Part shown: positions 41,201 through 55,156 of the stretch, one piece after another
Position numbering within the stretch: the first letter of the stretch is position 1
Layout: each line of letters opens with the position of its first letter
Assembly: GCA_951406725.2 (NCBI GenBank)
Contig: OX597821.1
Span: 81,778,001-81,842,000 of the forward strand
Direction: 5' to 3'
Origin: Octopus vulgaris
Lineage: Eukaryota
Length of the DNA stretch: 64,000 nucleotides
Notes under the pieces: generated by a model
Told to the model about the DNA's origin: nothing
Seen by the model: the letters and a program-made list of their open reading frames with translations, nothing else
The model's database searches: none
Program-made: the position numbers and the translations under genes

Positions 41201-43029
41201 TTGTTTTCTATAAGTCTCAGGATGACCAATACTTTGTTAGTGAAATTGGAGCAACAGAAACAGAGAGGAAACCTGTTAGATGAAATTATACCTTTGATTC
41301 AAAAGTACTGCTTTGTTACACATTATTTTATGCTGATTCTGTCTGAGAATTACATTGAGGCTGTTTATGACTATGGAGTACTCAGCTTCTTAAATTCACA
41401 AGGTATTGTAATTCACTTGATCAAACAAGTAAATCCTCGTGGTGAAAAACCATCAGGCATCTATCAGTCAATGAGAATTTTGAAAATTCTGTTTCAGGGA
41501 CAAATTTTGTTAAATTGTGATTCAAAACTGGTTGCAATTGGGGATCAGTTAACACTAACCTACAAACAGGTTTAAACTTTTGAATGTGGAAATGCAAATA
41601 TATCTGCTTAAAGTTTTAATGCCATTAACTGCTACAAATGGTTTTACACCAGATTTTGTAATAAAAAAAAAATTTTTTTAAACCTTTCCTTATGCTGTGA
41701 TAAGTGGAGACCCCACCATTTAAACATTTTATGAAAGGCAAATTTTCAGATTGAAAATATTCTTTTTATGTATTTCACCAAATATCTCTTTACAGAGCAA
41801 AAATCAAAAACTTTTAGTGGTGAATAATGTCTCAATACCCACAGGAAATACTGAAAATGTATTGCAGAAGCAGAAAACATCAGTTTTACTTTATTTGGTG
41901 GATAATTAACATCATTAAGAGAATAACCTTGAAATTTAATTACACAGTCAAAGGTTTAAGATACTTGACCTTTGACATTGCTTTATCACATAAATATTTG
42001 TGTCAAATGCCAAAGTGCAATACCCAAACAAGGGATTTTAAGGAAATGAATCCTTCATCCGGGAAGCATTTATTTAAGTGAATCAAGTTTTCCTTTTTTC
42101 TGTATTTTTTAATACATCATATGACAGCAGTAGATTGGCAGATCAATAACTTCCAGTTAAAGATCAACCACAAGTTTTTTTGCTAATGCTGTTAGATGGA
42201 TTTTGATAGATTTTTAACGCTTTGACATTTTTATTGAGACGTGAAAAATGCTGCTGAAACTTCAGACTATAAGAATATCGTGTGTAAATTTGAAAAGAAA
42301 GCAAGAATTTACATTTTTGGCTATTTTTTTCCCAGCAGCATAAGTGGTTGAAGTTATTTATCAACAACAAGGAGTGAAAAAAGCTTATGGTGAAAAGCTT
42401 TCACGGTGGGGAATATGTTCCATATAAGCTTAGAAATCACCTTGTAATCTTAGACCAAACTCGTTAAGATATATCATTAAGTCAGACAATTATATTAATT
42501 TCCACAACTATTCACTATTTGCAAGTAGTAGCTAAGCAAAATTTTTCTCATTCTAAATATATCAATCTCCATCTGAAGTTCAAAAATTTGTGAGATAAAA
42601 TTACTGCTACTCAGTTATCACACGGCAAATGCTTGTATTCAGCTTCTGTTCCTTTCAAAAAATAGTTCAAACTTGTGATGTTTGAGTGTATGCAATTGAA
42701 TAAAATTCACTGCTGATATCTATCGGATATAATAGATATAATGTTTTCTACAAAAAACTTATTGATGAATGATACAGCGAAACATTCTTAGTATTTCTAT
42801 CACCAATACTGCCGCAAGCATTGTAGACATATTCAAAACTGTTTCCTGTACCAACACACAGTTTTTTCTATCACTAGTTCTAGCCCTTTCATTACCATAT
42901 TTCATTTAAAATACACTGTCTTTGTTTCAATTGAATTTAAAGATAATGAAGTATTTCGTAAAATAACTTTGTCATTTTTAAGCTGGTGCTTGGAACATTA
43001 ACATGAAATTTTGATGTAGAGTTTTTATA

Positions 43030-43247
43030 TATTCTTTTTCTCTTTTTACTTTTATTTGTTTCAGTCATTTGACTGTGGCCATGCTGGAGCACCGCCTTCA
43101 GTCAAGCAAATCGACCCCAGGACTTATTCTTTGTAAGCCTAGTACTTATTCTATCAGTCTCTCTTGCCGAACCGCTAAGTGGCAGGGACATAAACACACC
43201 AGCATCGGTTGTCAAGCAATGTTGGGGGCACAAACATAGACACACAA

Positions 43248-43317
<70 letters not shown>

Positions 43318-43462
43318 GATGGGCTTCTTTCAGTTTCCGCCTAACACATCCACTCACAAGGCTATAGTAGAAGACACTTGTCCAAAGTGCCACGCAGTAG
43401 GACTGAACCCAGAACCATGTGGTTGGTAAGCAAGCTACTTACCACACAGCCACTCCTGCGCC
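43030..43462 (-). mobile_element. SINE family A inserted in a piggyBac-type MITE
   Basis: Full SINE; MITE sequence continues on both sides (42880-43030 and 43463-43537). Confidence 0.8.
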
Positions 43463-44019
43463 TAGATCATTTTAACAAAATAAATTTCTATCATAGAACC
43501 AGAGTCAGTCACAGGTGAGCTGGTATCAAAAGGTTGATGCAATTTACACAATTCCTAACCAGATTGTTCTAGGTCAATGTTTTTCTCCACCTCTTTGAAA
43601 ATATTTTTGCCCATATTTCTTCCACACATGTTGTTCGCTGAAGTGGGTCTTCTTTCACTTCCAGCTTAGCCTGTGTGATCACCAGCCACAGAGATTTGTC
43701 AGGTATCCCTAATGATTCATCAATAGCTTGAGAAATCCCTTTATTGTTCATTTGCACAGAATGTAGTTATTGCTGTCTTTGATCACGCAGTGGGATGAAT
43801 GCTTTGATCAATGCTTTGAAAGTCATATTAGGGAGGACAGAAAATTGTGTGGAAACCTGTTTAATACATGAGTGCTTCTGTATACAAATTGGTGTGTTGA
43901 ATTTGAATAGATGGACTTAGCCATTTAGTAAAGAGTTATTAATAAAATGAATAGAAGATGTTGGTACTGATTTAATTAAAAAATAAAGAAATTCTTAACT
44001 ATGAATAAAGAGTTGATAC

Positions 44020-44442
44020 CATCATTATCATCATCATGATCATTTTAGCATACACTTTTCTGTACTTGCATGAGTTGGACAGAATTTATTTAGGCAGATT
44101 TTCTATAGTTGGATGCCCTTCCTGTCACCAACCCTCACCTGCTTCCTAGCAAGGTAATATTTCCCCAAGACCAGACATGTTCTCATACAAAATTAGAAAT
44201 GAATGACACTGCTTGCATGATTGTGACAATCATTTACAACAATCATGTGATGTCAAGACAAGGGGACGAACACACATTCATGGACACACATATAAAGATA
44301 TATATACAATAGGTTTCTTTTGGTGTCTTTCTACCAAATCCATGCACTGAGCTCTGGTTGGCCTAGGGCCCAAGGTGCCTTGCAGTGGGTCTGAACCTGG
44401 AACCATATAAGCAAACTTTTTACCATATAGCCATGCCTGTAC
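44020..44442 (-). mobile_element. SINE variant: family-A head with RTE-type (GAT)n tail
   Basis: (CAT)n...ggatgcccttcc...aaggtaatatttcccca followed by family-A head; related copies at ~37905-38290(-), ~14995-15280(+), ~7255-7480(+). Confidence 0.65.
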
Positions 44443-44547
44443 CTATACTAATACTGCTTCCATTCCAAATATCTAATATATATATATATAATCTAGAAAA
44501 TGGAGATGTAGCATTAATATAATTTATTATCTGCAAAATTCCAACAT

Positions 44548-44640
44548 ATTCTCTTACAGCTGTTTCAATTTAGCCTAAGAGATTAAATAACGATAATTAA
44601 ATCATTGTGTTAGGCAGAATCTCATCAGACGTGTAGAAAA
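44548..44640 (-). ncRNA. Hammerhead ribozyme-like motif with long stem II
   Basis: CUGAUGA GAUU..GCCUAA...UUAGGC..AAUU GAAACAGCUGUA: intact core, palindromic stem III ACAGCUGU, GUA triplet; stem I poorly paired. Confidence 0.5.
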
Positions 44641-44747
44641 GATATAGCATTAGGTTATTAGGTGTCGTGTTTTCAAATCATCTCAGCAGACATATACATA
44701 TGTATGTATATACACATTTGCATACATTCATTTATAATATTTATATA

Positions 44748-44825
<78 letters not shown>

Positions 44826-45935
44826 TACACACATATATATATGCGCAGGCATGTATATATATGTGTGTATGTATATGTATGTATACACACATACATACAT
44901 ATACATGTGTATACAATACATACACCCATACACAATCATAAACGCAACACTAACTACTGCATTGCTATGTTTGGTGCTATCAGAACATCGCAGTTTTTCA
45001 GAAGATGACAAAAACAAAAAAATATAGGTTAAAACGTAAATGAATGCATCACACACAAGATGCTATAAGTTACTGCTGGGGCATGACATGCCTTGCTAAT
45101 TACCTGCTTGCCTGGCTCTATATGTAGACTGATAGGTAGATATGTAGAGAGAAGAACGTGTTTCTTTACAGAAGTGAGAAAATAACACATACATACTCAC
45201 CAGCATATTTCACATACAAACACACTCAAATATAAACACACATTCATACATACAGGTTAAATAAATACTTAAATATCAAATGGCTGGTATTTTTTCCAAG
45301 TTGTCTAATCACAACTAGAGATATCCATCAATAGGTGATTATCTCCCTTCGACTTCAACCCTTTCGTTACCCTATTTCTTTTGAAATCGGCAGCTTTTGT
45401 TTCACTTAATTTTGAAAATAATTAATAACATATTAAAATAGCTTTCTTTCTTAAGCTGGTATTTGACATGTAAATTAACTCAAAATTTTGATGAAGGATT
45501 TTAATTTTGATAATTTTAAAACATGAAGTTTGTATCAAAGAACCAGAGGCTGTTTTGTGTGGGTTAGTATTAAAAGGGTTAAGAATGTGGAATGGAAGAA
45601 AGGAATTAGCATGTTGTGCCATTCACTCTTTTACTAAAGATCACAAAATAAATATTCAGTTAGATGGAAAGTAATTCTTCAGAGTTCTTCAATGATAAAC
45701 TTAATTGGCACTCAGCTTAACACTCCCATCTGGCTCTTGGGTGTCTTTAGCAAGGTCCACTCTCTTGTAACAATATGAACCAGGTCCCCAGGGTGAATAC
45801 ATCAAGGTCTTTTCCCCTTTCCTTTCACCAGTCTTGGAGGCCATGCAAAAAGATCAGAGACACTACTCTTCCTGTTTTCAATAAGTCATCACAGCAAAAA
45901 CTGTTCTAGATTCCACAGTGTCAAAATGAGTTTCA

Positions 45936-45996
<61 letters not shown>

Positions 45997-46292
45997 TACA
46001 TACAGGCATACATACAGGTATATCAAATATCATATAACATAAATTCTTGATTTATCAAAACTATCTTCACCTGTAGAAGATGTTTCACAATTACTAAATG
46101 GCAAGTGAAATGAGCATCACATGACCAAGGGAGATAATCACAAGAATCAAGAATTCTTCAAGGTTGACAGTCAATTAAGAAAAAAAAGGACAGGTTTTTT
46201 GTCTGGAGATAAGAAGAGGACAGTTGTGGACACATGTTTCTGACAAATAGACATCAACAGCATAACAATTGTCCAACAATTGTTCAGCCAAA

Positions 46293-46339
<47 letters not shown>

Positions 46340-46658
46340 TATACACACAAAAAGAGTAAAAAGTATTTATAGCTTTTATGGCCTAGGAAAATATACATTC
46401 ACACATTCATATGTACAATGAACATCTCTCAGTTTCAGTCTACCAAATCTACTCACAAGGCACTGGTCAACCCACAGCTACAGTAAACCAAAACTATCTG
46501 GTAATCCCGTGAGCTACTTAACCACTTTGCCATGCTTATTTCTAATTAATTTCTTTCTCTCAGTTAATAAACTAATTTTCCTTGTTTACTTATTTACAGT
46601 ATTGTATCTATTTAGTGATTTTCTAATTAGTATTTCAGAAGACACAGTAATGTCTATG

Positions 46659-46699
46659 TTTCACTGAGAAGGTCTACTAACACTGAAACATGTCTGAAG
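46659..46699 (+). ncRNA. Minimal type-I hammerhead ribozyme-like motif (variant core)
   Basis: UUUCA CUGAGAA GGU-cuacuaac-ACU GAAAC AU GUC UGAAG: stems I and II, palindromic stem III (ACAUGU), GUC triplet; G8 replaced by A. Confidence 0.5.
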
Positions 46700-47761
46700 T
46701 TACCTCCCATACTAGCACAATGATTAAAAAATATTTCTCCTTGATCTAATTTTGTCTTTTTTTTAATTATATTTTCACCATGTAAACATTTTTAATTATA
46801 TTCTTTGTGTTCACCACTACATTAATTATGTTAACACTAATTTAATTATTAGTTTTCATGTCAGTGGCATATCTGAGTAATTAATCTTGGTGATTTATTT
46901 TTTCATGATGATGATGATGATGATGATAATGACATCAAAACAAAGTTCCGCTCCCTATTTCACAGATGAGTGTTTAATTGCAGACAGAACAATCAGCTAA
47001 AATACAATTTTCCACCCTAAAAAATATTTCTATTTTGTAAGAATTAACAATAATCACATAGCAGAATAACTAAAAGAAAAGCAAAAAAAGAAAAAGAGAA
47101 ACAGTTGTAGCTATAATTATAGTTTAGGATAAGATAGGCCTTGATCCAGTTCTGTAGTCAAAGAGATCCAAGCTGTCTATTTTATTTATGTTTTTTTTTT
47201 GCTGTTTTTCTTTTCAGATATAGCAAGGATTAGATTACATAATGTGTCCGTCATTTTAAAAATATGACAAGGTGTACTTTATGGGAGATTTAACTGCTAG
47301 TTCTAACACTCTGAGTGACTATGTAGGGAAGTAATTTTGCTCTTAGTTGTACGGATCCAAAGCAACCTTTCTTGAGCAGACTCATGATTAAAATCACTCT
47401 AGCTGTGACCATGCTCTCTGTTTTTCCCCTAGACAAAGTATACCTATCTAATATGTTTTCCCATTTTTAAAATAGTTATGTGTGATTGGTGTAAGCTTTG
47501 GTTTCTATTTCTAGTAGGTTGAACCCTTTAGCATTTTATGGTGCAACATTCATTTTAGCTTTAGTTTTATTTACATAAAAGATTGAATTTCAATTTAATT
47601 ATAATGAATTTGAAATATTTGTAATGCTTTTCCTGTTAGGAAAAAAATAAGATGTTTTTATTGATTGTGTAATAATTTTAGCAATGGAAGTGAGAAGTTA
47701 AAAGAGTAGAATGAGACTAGATAGAACCTTGTAAAACTCTCAGCATTAAAAGAGAAGAAAC

Positions 47762-47803
<42 letters not shown>

Positions 47804-48629
47804 ACAGATACAGCATGTTATTTATGCTGTATTAGTTACATATATTAGTAGTGATACATTAACAAAAAAAAAACTAAAAGACAATTCTAGCACTTATGGA
47901 CTTGTCCAATAGTTTAGACCAAGAACGAATCCTGATTCAGTCTTGCCCATGTAATATAGTAACTGCCAGATCTATATCTTTGTCTTTCTCTCTATATATA
48001 TATGTATTTGTGTGTGTGTGTGTGTGTATATGGACATGTATATGTTTATACATACATACATACATACAGACATACGTATCTACATGTGCGTGTGTGTGTG
48101 TATACACTCACGGAGTGGTTGGCGTTAGGAAGGGCATCCAGCCGTAGAAACACTGCCAGATCTGACTGGGCCTGATGAAGCCTTCCAGCTTCACAGACCC
48201 CAGTTGAACCGTCCAACCCATGCTAGCATGGAGAACGGACGCTAAATGATGATGATGATGATGATATACATATATACATATATGTATATATATATACATA
48301 TATATACATATATGTATATATATATTGTGACGCATATTTGTGTGTGTGTGTGTGTGTGTATATGTGGACATGTATATGTTTATACATACATACAGACATA
48401 CGTATCTATATATATATATACATGTGTGTGTGTGTGTGTATATATATATGTATATATATATATATTAAGGTATGTAGAAAAATACAACATGGACAAGAAC
48501 GTATAACTCTTAGAAGACGACACAATAAACACGGACAGGACATTCGAAACCCTCAGTCTTCAGTCAAGAACCGTATCATCGTAGTAATTTCGGCTGATTA
48601 TATATATATATATATACATATATACATAT

Positions 48630-48677
<48 letters not shown>

Positions 48678-49032
48678 ATCATCATCATCATCATCATCAT
48701 TTAACGTCCGCTTTCCATGCTAGCATGGGTTGGATGGTTCAACTGGGGTCTGGGGAGCCCGAAAGCTGCACCAGTCCAGTCAGATCTGGCAGTGTTTCTA
48801 CAGCTGGATATATATATATATATGATCTAACTAACATAAGTATTGAGTAATTTCTTCTCCTATTTCTGGTAACGGCGCAAACATACATGTGTACTTGAGT
48901 TTGCGTTGCAATCATGTGGTCTCAGGTTCTATTCTACTGATTGGCACCTTGGGCAAGTGTCTTCTATAGCTCTGGGCCAACTAATGCTTTGCAAGCATAA
49001 ATTGGCTGATGGGAACTGTGTGGAAGCCTACC

Positions 49033-49065
<33 letters not shown>

Positions 49066-51031
49066 TGTATGTATGTATGTATGTATGTATGTATGTATGT
49101 ATGTATGTATGTATGTATGTATGTATGTATATTTTCTTTTCTCTTTTCAATTTAGAATAAATTTTGACTGGCCACCGACTTGGTAACAAAAATGATTTTA
49201 AACAAGCATCTTGTTTCCTCCATCATCATTTAATGTCCAAGTGATTCTACATATGACAGCATCCATAAAACACTATCAAAATGTTAAGGGCCCATGGTAT
49301 GGTATAGCACAGCATATTACATATAGAGGTGCACTTACATGGGAAGGATTAACACTCAGAAGGTAATGGTTCCCTTCGTATCTTATCTTTCCAAAGCTGC
49401 TAAAACCAATGAGAACAACCCAGACCAAATCTGTTAACCAGTAGAGGATGTTAATGATGACACTGATGATGATGATGATGGTGGGGATGGTTGTTGGTGA
49501 TGACGATGATGATGATGGTAGTGGTGCTGGTGGTGGTTGTGGTGATGATGATGATGATGATGATGATTCAAAATAGCATGAATAACAACTGCATCTCACA
49601 CACATAACCTTAACTGTCAGTGTATATCTCACATAACACACCTTGACTTAGCACACAGCATAATCTCACACAATTATATCCTGTTAAACACACAGCATCT
49701 CACATAACATACCATGACAACACTTGGTAATTTATTGCAATCGTAGATTGCAGTCATGATGTGTACATCGTAGAATGTACTCCATCATTAATCTTAAACA
49801 AGTGTTTCACATCATTATTTGCATTAGGTCCCATTATAGTTTTCCAAAAATCATGCAACCCACCCTCAACAGACAGAGTTAGTATCTAGCACATAGTATA
49901 TTTATTCATGTAAAAGCTGCATTATTCTTTTCATGATTTTTAACAGAAAAACTGGGGTATGAACTATACATGGAGCAACACTAAGACTGTGACGAGAAAA
50001 AATTTCATACCAAGATTTAACACTAAATCAGAGGTGCAACTTAGACTTGTGTATGACTTGTACACAAGTAAATACATTTCATTATATTTAAATGAAGTTT
50101 TAATTAAAATGCTATTGCAAGTTTTATTCACTTGTTACTTAAAACCCCATTCTGAAGTAATCCATGCCCCACTAAAATATTGCAAAACCCCACCAGTGAG
50201 CATGTAGTCTAACTTAAGAAATATTGATCTAAAGTACTGAATTAATGACTCATCTAGCTTATCTTTCCATGGCATGGTTCCTCTCAGAGCGAAATAGGTC
50301 TGCTTGCTCAATAGTAGCTACAATTGCACTAACAATTCATGCTAATTTCTAAACTTACAGAACAACGAAACCCCTTCTAAAAATGAGGAAATTATTATAA
50401 AATATATTAAAATGTATAAATGCATTTCAACACGCAAAAGTTTTGAGTGAAGAGCTTTTAGGATACTTTCCTGTTATTCACAACCAATTTTTTAAATTTT
50501 GACTCACAAAAGAATTAGTTAATATACTACTAAACAATCATTCAATTCCTTGCCTTTTCCCTTCTCTGTGAGGTATTGATAGTCATTTCAAAAGTTCACT
50601 GATCAAGTATTACACCTGTCTCATCATTGCAATAGTTTATTAAGTAAATAAAAAAAAAATGACTGTTGATAACAGGTAAATATCATTTTTAAAATAATAC
50701 AAAGTACTATATTATACATCCTTCAAAATGTCTATGCTTCCTAAAATTCACAAACAGTACAGCTGAAACCACCCCTCTGATGTTTAAGTGACTCATTCAC
50801 TGTTTACTTCCTGTGCATTATTCTATATACAGTTCATGCACTTTTGGTTACTTTTTTTCTGATGAGTTGTAGTGCACCTGAGCACTGTATACAATAAGTT
50901 CATTATCGTATGATATTGGAAAATAAGCTCGACTCCATGTAACATAAATCCTTTTGTCTTTCATATATCTATATATTATGTTTGATGATGTTGTATAGGA
51001 TTACCTATAATGAATTAATAAAGACACTTAC

Positions 51032-51070
51032 CTCTCGTATACCTCCTGTCGGTGTGCATGTAGTCATCAC
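51032..51070 (-). CDS. 39-nt internal exon of an unidentified minus-strand gene (coding status and frame inferred)
   Basis: Minus strand reads ttttttcttttttctgttcatcag|GTGATGACTACATGCACACCGACAGGAGGTATACGAGAG|gtaagtg: strong polypyrimidine tract and AG, consensus AG|GTAAGT donor, length divisible by 3, GC-richer than flanks. Open in phase 0 (VMTTCTPTGGIRE) and phase 1 ((G)DDYMHTDRRYTR). Confidence 0.65.
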
Positions 51071-51791
51071 CTGATGAACAGAAAAAAGAAAAAACATGAT
51101 ATATTAATTGTCTTGAAATGTGAGAATATTAAATGAAAAAAACATAAGGCTGTGATAATCGTGCCTTGTCCAAAGATATTTTTTCAATATAGATTAAATG
51201 AAATGGTTGATTCCAACTGAAAATTAAAACTGTCACGAAACATTTGGCTATCTTCCAATCTGTCAGTTTTATAATAATGACTGTTACAACAAACAAATAA
51301 TCATTTTACAGTTGTTTCCAGGACATCATAGGAATATATTATATTGACTCTAGCTGTAGAAAAAAAAACCAGGATGAAGAACTTACATAGCTGTAACAAA
51401 GTTTTGGCTTAAAACAGACAAACAATCTGGTCCTGAATACAGTCCTTATTAAACAACACTGAACATTGAAAACCTGTAGGAACCAGTTTATTGTAGTCCC
51501 TATGATTCTAAACATTGGAATCCTTATTATTTAAAGTCTCATCTGCATCACTTCTCCGCATAGTAGCTTTTATTTTCTTTAGGTACAAAGCAGTAGATTA
51601 GCTGAAATGATAGAGTGAAGGACAGAATGCCTTGCGTTCTTGATTTATGTGCCTTTACATTTTGAATCCAAATTCCACAGAAGTCACTGTTACCTTTTGT
51701 CTTTCAGAGATCAATAAAATAATTGGCATCAGGTACTGGAATGAAAGCCCAGTTAAGTTCCTTTCTCAGTTTTGTGGTCTTATGCCAATAT

Positions 51792-51997
51792 TTAACCCAT
51801 TAGCATTCAAATTACTCAGTCAAATGTTCCGAATTAATTATGTATTATCTTTTAGCTTCTAGATTTAGATGGTGTGATTATTTATTTTTAGAATAGCATT
51901 GTAGGGTAGATGTGAGAAGCCAGATCTGGCCAATTTGAGCAGAAAACAAGCAGAATATCTGGGCCTGATGTGGCCAGTTTAAATGCTAAAAGGTTAA
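51792..51997. mobile_element. piggyBac-type (TTAA) MITE family 2
   Basis: ttaa-cccattagcatt ... aatgctaaaagg-ttaa; second copy at ~63564-63792. Confidence 0.7.
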
Positions 51998-53319
51998 GCA
52001 CCAAGTTTTCTCAGTCAAAAACCATCATAACCTTTGCAGCTTTACCCACTCTGAAGAGAATATATCTTTCATAACCTCTCCAATTCTAAATTAAGTTAAA
52101 CATAGAACATTACACTTGTCATTCAAATTGATCCTTTAAAGAAACAATCTTTGGATTTCAAACTCATTTGTTTACAAAACCTCATAATGAATTTGTTCAA
52201 AGAGAATTTTGAATAAGTAATTAGGATGTTATGTATTAAGAGGCATATTAAATACGTATGTTATGTAGATGGATGACAGAAATAGAATTCCTAAAAATAC
52301 ACCTTGTTTAAGTAGCGGAACGGTTTTAAAACGACACTAATGGCCATGAAAGATGAATTGATTATTACTACTCAGAGAATGATTATAACTCTTAGAATAG
52401 TTCATATCTTACGACATGAATACATACACAAATATACATATATACATAAGTACAGGCGGCATGACGGTTTAGTTAAGAAGCTTGTTTTGCAACCAAATGG
52501 CTTTCGGTTCCATCCCACTGTGTGGCACCTTGGGCATTTACCTTCTACTATGGTCCTGGGCTGACCAATGTCTAATGAGTGAATTTGGAAGTTCATTGTG
52601 TGTATACATGTGTGTGTGTGTGTGTGTGTGTGTTTATCTGCCACCCCACTCTGCCAAACACCATCATTTGATGTCAGCAGTGTCATATAAAAGCACCCAG
52701 CACACACTGTAAAGTGGTTGGCATTAGGAAGGACATCAAGCCATAGAAACCATGCCAAATCAGACTGGAGTCTGGCAGAGCCCCACCTGCTTGCTAGCTC
52801 TGGTCACCCTGTCCAACCCAAGGTGAGAATTCAGTTCATGACCCTTGATTTACAAGACATACATGACAGAGAGACAGCATTATTACAAATTAGATAGATG
52901 GTTATTAGAAAGGTAGACAGAAAGAAACAAACACACATAACTAAGAGAGTTGATGCAAAATAAATAAATAAAAAAGAATAAAAAATGAATAAAAAGCCAT
53001 TGTCCAGTAAACTGGAACATTTCCTGAAATCAATATATCATCTTTCTATACAACCCTTCCGCATTCTATCTAGAGAACTATAGAAATGTCTACTCACCAA
53101 ATATCTATACAGTCTATTGTGCAAAATCTCTACAGAATTTTTTGACTTGCTATATATAGCAGCTAAATTTCACTCATATCACCCCTGCTATATTAAAAAG
53201 AGAACACAGTAATAATGCAGTCTTAGATTTCCTGAAAGAGTTGGGATGGTCACAACTGGAGTGTCTTTGATTATAGGTCTGCTCGGTCAGAGTTGAACAA
53301 CAATAACAAATTGGAAGCT

Positions 53320-53716
53320 TTTATTGTTCATTTGCTTAGTCATTGGCTTTGGCCATGCTGGGGCACCACCTCAATGAATTTTAGTTGTACAGATCAACCC
53401 CCAACGCTTATTCTAAATCCTGGTACTTATTATATCTGACTTTTTCCAAACCACTGAGTTTCAGGAATGTAAACAAACCAACGCCAGTTGTCAAACAGTA
53501 GGGCAGTGGTGACAGTGATACACACACACAAACACACATATATAATGAGTTTCCAAGTTTCTACACAATTTTCATCTAGCAAATTCACTCACAAGGCATC
53601 GGTCAGCCCATGACTGTTGTGGAAGACATGATGACATTTGCCCAAGGTACCATGCAGTGGGACTGAACCTGAAACCATGTGGTCACAAAGTGAGCTTCTT
53701 AATCACACAACCATGC
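53320..53716 (-). mobile_element. SINE family A, decayed
   Basis: Collinear with other copies; further copies at ~140-330(-), ~52450-52820(+), ~61000-61250(+). Confidence 0.7.
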
Positions 53717-55156
53717 TGAGGAAATTTTAGAAATATATTTGGGACCCTTTTCCTGTATTTGATGTTGATCTTGGAATTTGGACACTCTTTGGAAAAAAAT
53801 TTAGGTGGTAGAACCAAGGAGGAGAGCTATGTGGCCACTTGACCTGTTAGAAATTACAACCAAATCATAACATTCTACTATCATGAAAATGGAAAGAAAC
53901 TTTGGACGGTGTAGTCCTAGATGCATTACATGGGAAAATGTAGGGGAGTTGGTCAAGATTGAAATGCTTCTGGTTATAGGTTTGCTAAGTCATGGCTGAC
54001 CGGCAATTAAGCAATGACAAGAAGCCAAAGTTGGAGCCTGTGTAAGATTACTTGACCTGCTAGAGATACCAACCTAATCATATTTTGCCATTTCACAAAA
54101 ACAAAAAAAAAAAACAAGAATAGTATGGTCTCTGATATACTATGTCTAAAAATAAAGATAAGATAGTCAAGGCTGGAGCAACTTTGATCATAGACCTGCT
54201 ATTGAGATAGGATCGTCCACAGCTCAACAATAATAGCAACAAATAGGGTGGGGGTGTACAGAGAGATCTGAGTAGAAGAAGAAGAAGAATAAAGGAAAAA
54301 TGTGGGGTTGGGGTGGAGGTTTGGAAGTAATAAAGGCTGCTGGGTTAGATTCAAGAATAAAGAATGTTGAGATCTGAAAACAGTGATCATAAGCTCTTGT
54401 TTGCTTTCTCTTTCTCTTTACCTCTCTGTTATTGGCAATCATCCTCCTTCCTTTTCACACATACTGAATAAATAAGCATTAATTAATTAATATCCCCAAA
54501 TACAAAGAAATAAAAATAAAATAGACACAATGGGAATAGTTCAAATTGAAACAGAGTGGAACACTGTGGAAATAAGGAGAAGGCAATATACAATATATTT
54601 ATATCATCAATACTGAATAGGTGCATCATTTGAAATGGTCTGCAAAAAGCAAAAAGAAAATGTTACAAAAACCAAAGTGGTTTGTCTGTGTAATGTACAA
54701 AGGGCTGTTGTAATTAATTCACTAATGAAAATATTTATTAAATAATTAGATCTATATAGTTAAATATATCATTTATTGTGGGTGTTGGGAATTTCAGTGC
54801 TTCAAAACTGACCAATGGTTTCACCTCAGGGAAAGAAGAAATCTTTGGATTGATTTAATTAAATATACAGGCTTTATATTAAAAAATAAAAAATAAAAAC
54901 AGAAAGAAAAAATGTATGTGTGTGTGTGTATGAATGTATATAAGTGTTTAGGTGTGCAAAGAGTTTAGTCATGTTTTGCTATAAATGAATAAATATGTGT
55001 GTGTGTATTATTATTATATATGTATGTATTTATAATTCTTCTGGGATCAGTGGAGCATAGGCAAAAAATAAAGCTATAAATTATGGCATGGAAATATTGG
55101 GGTAAATATATCCTTTGAATAGAAAAGGCTGAACACTGCCTGTAGGACTTGAACTC

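Noticed and set aside
41700-42427. Possible Kolobok-like element with ccccacc/ggtgggg ends
   Set aside because: The inverted match is short and gapped; boundaries could not be fixed.
43569-43757. 62-aa ORF vaguely like a Tc1/mariner N-terminal HTH
   Set aside because: Similarity is too weak by eye and no TIRs or DDE region were found.
53098-53129. Possible 32-nt minus-strand exon with GTGAGT donor
   Set aside because: Poor polypyrimidine tract, not frame-preserving, and the acceptor abuts a repeat; unsupported without RNA data.
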